Origin: an uncultured Methanomicrobiales archaeon
GTDB taxonomy: Archaea; Halobacteriota; Methanomicrobia; Methanomicrobiales; Methanospirillaceae
Assembly (NCBI GenBank): GCA_963697895.1
Contig: OY969100.1
Location: 768,001 to 832,000 of the forward strand
Reading direction: 5' to 3'
DNA length: 64,000 nt
Below the pieces are notes generated by a model, which worked only from the letters and a program-made list of their open reading frames with translations, did not search any database and was not told the DNA's origin. Below, piece by piece: positions 61,433 through 64,000 of this stretch (position 1 is its first letter; each line of letters starts with the position of its first letter). A program made the position numbers and the translations under genes.

Positions 61433-62952
61433 ATGAAGCTTCGGATGAGATACGAACAACCGGAGGACCGGATGAAGAGACCTCCATATCCGAAGATGAA
61501 GTTATCATTGGGCTCGAGATACATTGCCAGCTCGATACGAAAACCAAGCTCTTCTGTGGGTGCTCTACTGACTATCGGGATGATGCACCGAATACTCATG
61601 TCTGTCCAATCTGCCTCGGCCTTCCCGGTTCGCTCCCTGTTATCAATAAAAAAGCCGTTGAATTCGCTCTCCGTGTAGTGATGGCGTTCAATGGTGAAAT
61701 CCCTGAAGAATGCGAGTTCGCACGAAAAAATTACTTCTATCCGGACCTGAACAAAGGGTATCAGATCAGCCAGTACGATAAACCGCTCGGAAATGGAGGA
61801 TTCCTTCTTATCGAGGGTGAAGATGGGGAAAAACGGGTGAATCTTACCCGTATTCATCTCGAAGAAGACCCAGGCCGCCTGGTGCATAAGGGAGGCACAG
61901 ACCGGCCGAAATATTCCCTGGTCGATTATAATCGGGCAGGGATCCCGCTCATCGAGATAGTTACGGAGCCAGATCTCCGATCCCCGAAAGAGGCCCGCCG
62001 ATTCCTGAATAAGCTCAGGGCCACCCTCGAGTACTTGGAGGTCTTCGACTCCGAGAAGGAGGGGTCGCTCAGGGTAGATGCAAATATCTCGATTCAGCCG
62101 AAGGGATGGTTTGACCGGGAACGGAAAGGCAAACCGGGAAGGGGAAGAACCGAAGTTAAAAACATTTCTTCCTATAAAGGTGTTGAAAAAGCGCTGACTT
62201 TTGAGATCACCCGGCAGAGAAACCTGATACGGAGAGGCCATCTCCTCGAATCGGCAACACGGCACTTCGTCGAGGCACGTGGCGTAACCACAGCATCCCG
62301 GAGTAAGGAGCAGGAACAGGATTACCGGTACTTCCCGGAGCCTGATCTGCGCCCGCTCCGGATCCGCTCCTGGGTCGGCGACATAGTCCTGCCAGAACTC
62401 CCGGATGCACGCAGGGCGCGTTTCGTCGCTCAGTACCGCTGCTCGCCGATTCATGCGCGGACATTAACCGGCGATCCAAGAACAGCTGATTTTTTTGAGT
62501 GCGTGGCCCGTGTTGACCTGGCCCTTGCTGCCACCTGGGTTGCTGATACGCTCCTTGGTGAACTGAATTACCGTGACATGGGAATCAATCGCGTGCCGCC
62601 GGAACATTTTTCGGAACTGCTTATCCTAGTGAAGCAGGGTACCATCACTGAAATGACGGGTGTTGAAGTTCTTCGGGCAATTCTTGACCAGCTCAGGGAG
62701 ACCGGCACGTGTGAATCCCCGTCGGCATACATACGACGGCATAATCTGTGCAAGGCGACGGAAGGAGGGCTTACAATGGAGGTCAATGAGGTGCTCAGGG
62801 AACATCCCGGGGCGGTGGCGGATTTTCACAGCGGGAAGAAGGAGGCGTTTAATTTCCTGATCGGACAGGTGATGAAGAAAACGAGAGGCCGCGTTGATCC
62901 GGGAGAACTGAACCAGGCACTGCAGGAAGCTCTCTGCCGGCCGGAGCGGTGA
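61429..62952 (+). CDS. gatB: Asp/Glu-tRNA amidotransferase subunit B
   Basis: IGLEIHCQL, RKNYFYPD, YRYFPEPDL, GQVMK. Confidence 0.96.
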   Translation: MNEASDEIRTTGGPDEETSISEDEVIIGLEIHCQLDTKTKLFCGCSTDYRDDAPNTHVCPICLGLPGSLPVINKKAVEFALRVVMAFNGEIPEECEFARKNYFYPDLNKGYQISQYDKPLGNGGFLLIEGEDGEKRVNLTRIHLEEDPGRLVHKGGTDRPKYSLVDYNRAGIPLIEIVTEPDLRSPKEARRFLNKLRATLEYLEVFDSEKEGSLRVDANISIQPKGWFDRERKGKPGRGRTEVKNISSYKGVEKALTFEITRQRNLIRRGHLLESATRHFVEARGVTTASRSKEQEQDYRYFPEPDLRPLRIRSWVGDIVLPELPDARRARFVAQYRCSPIHARTLTGDPRTADFFECVARVDLALAATWVADTLLGELNYRDMGINRVPPEHFSELLILVKQGTITEMTGVEVLRAILDQLRETGTCESPSAYIRRHNLCKATEGGLTMEVNEVLREHPGAVADFHSGKKEAFNFLIGQVMKKTRGRVDPGELNQALQEALCRPER

Positions 62953-62957
62953 TCTTC

Positions 62958-64000
62958 ATGCATCTGATCGTTACGGAAAAAAACATTTCTGCCCAGCGGA
63001 TAGCACACATACTCGCAGTTAAAGCACGGGTTGCCGAAAAAAAAGATGGAGGCATTCCCTCTTACAGCTATGATGACCAGGTCGTCGTCGGCCTCCGGGG
63101 TCATGTGGTCGAGGTGGACTTCGAACCCGGGTACTCCAACTGGAGAAGTGAGGTAAACACCCCGCGCAGCCTGATCGATGCCCGAACCATCAAGGTACCA
63201 ACAGAAAAGAAGATCGTTTCCCTCCTGCAGAAACTCGCAAAGAAAGCGGAAATGGTCACCATTGCCACCGATTTCGATACAGAAGGTGAATTGATCGGAA
63301 AGGAGGCGTATGAGCTTATCCGTCAGGCAAATCCCCGCGTAACAGTCGACCGGGCACGGTTCAGCGCGATAACCCCGGACGAGATTATCCATGCATTCAG
63401 CCATACCACCGAGATCGACTTCGCCCTCGCAGCGGCCGGGGAGGCACGGCAGGTAATCGATCTCGTCTGGGGTGCCTCCCTGACCCGGTTTATCAGCCTT
63501 GCCGCCCGCCGGGGAGGTGCCAATATCCTCTCTGTGGGTCGTGTGCAAAGTCCGACCCTGGCGATGATCGTGGACCGTGAGCGGGAGATCGAAGCATTTG
63601 TCCCCGAAACGTACTGGCAGCTCCGTCTTATTACCGAGAAGGAACAGGAACAGATCGAAGCCAGGCATATTACCGCAAGGTTTACCGAACGATCGATGGC
63701 AGAGAGTGCCCGGGACAACACCCGGGAGCCTCTGACAGTCTCAGAAGTGAAAGAAGGAAAGAAGATAGATCGCGCTCCCTCGCCATTCGATACCACCACT
63801 TTCATTGTTGCAGCCGCGAGGCTCGGGTTCTCCGCAGCAAATGCGATGAGGATTGCGGAGGACCTGTACATGAACGGGTACATCTCATACCCGAGAACCG
63901 ACAATACGGTATACCCGCCGACCCTTGATCTGAAAGCGATTCTCAGGGATATCCATCCGGGGGGATGCCGGCAGGACGTGGAATGGGTACAGGAGAACCA
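62958..64000 (+). CDS. topA: DNA topoisomerase IA (3' truncated by window)
   Basis: MHLIVTEKN, GHV, ATDFDTEGE, SVGRVQSPTL, catalytic GYISYPRTD; absent from ORF track because there is no stop. Confidence 0.95.
   Translation, partial: MHLIVTEKNISAQRIAHILAVKARVAEKKDGGIPSYSYDDQVVVGLRGHVVEVDFEPGYSNWRSEVNTPRSLIDARTIKVPTEKKIVSLLQKLAKKAEMVTIATDFDTEGELIGKEAYELIRQANPRVTVDRARFSAITPDEIIHAFSHTTEIDFALAAAGEARQVIDLVWGASLTRFISLAARRGGANILSVGRVQSPTLAMIVDREREIEAFVPETYWQLRLITEKEQEQIEARHITARFTERSMAESARDNTREPLTVSEVKEGKKIDRAPSPFDTTTFIVAAARLGFSAANAMRIAEDLYMNGYISYPRTDNTVYPPTLDLKAILRDIHPGGCRQDVEWVQEN

Noticed and set aside
61120-62454. Long antisense ORFs (444 aa here; also 7049-7900, 12425-13309, 26262-27035, 39840-40628, 62826-63668)
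   Set aside because: Shadows of well-conserved genes on the opposite strand, with no recognisable motifs.
1-64000. CRISPR array, IS element, provirus, intein, tRNA intron, Sec/Pyl read-through
   Set aside because: No spaced repeats, transposase or integrase motifs, oversize insertions in polB/rfcL/topA, or in-frame stops within intact genes were seen.

Overview
Gene-dense chromosomal segment of a methanogenic archaeon, most consistent with Methanomicrobiales: methanogenesis markers 2 and 4, a six-gene Ech hydrogenase operon, fdhC, SepCysS and an archaeal histone. It is mainly housekeeping DNA: sucD end, mat-hisG-hisA-hisB, rfcL, the dtdA-ftsZ-secE-spt5-rpl11-rpl1-rpl10-rpl12 cluster, moeA1/moeA2, ileS, thg1, echABCDEF, ilvD, a cbiA-like gene, polB, mdh, pyrD/pyrK, pscS, thiI, asnB-like-gatCAB, topA start, tRNA-Lys(CTT) and tRNA-Leu(TAA). 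I saw no CRISPR array, transposase, integrase or provirus, and no clearly new multi-gene system. The most striking signal is that five conserved genes (rpl12, polB, fdhC, thiI, gatA) each carry a single +1 frameshift that can be placed in or within 2 nt of an AGCT or GTAC palindrome. This is best read as methylation-linked basecalling error, i.e. an indirect footprint of the host methylome, not real gene loss. Also notable: a probable L1-binding autoregulatory hairpin before rpl1, a structured rpl11 leader, an RNase Z exosite-like arm fused to D-aminoacyl-tRNA deacylase, and three small genes missed by the ORF track. All family calls come from motif recognition without database searches.
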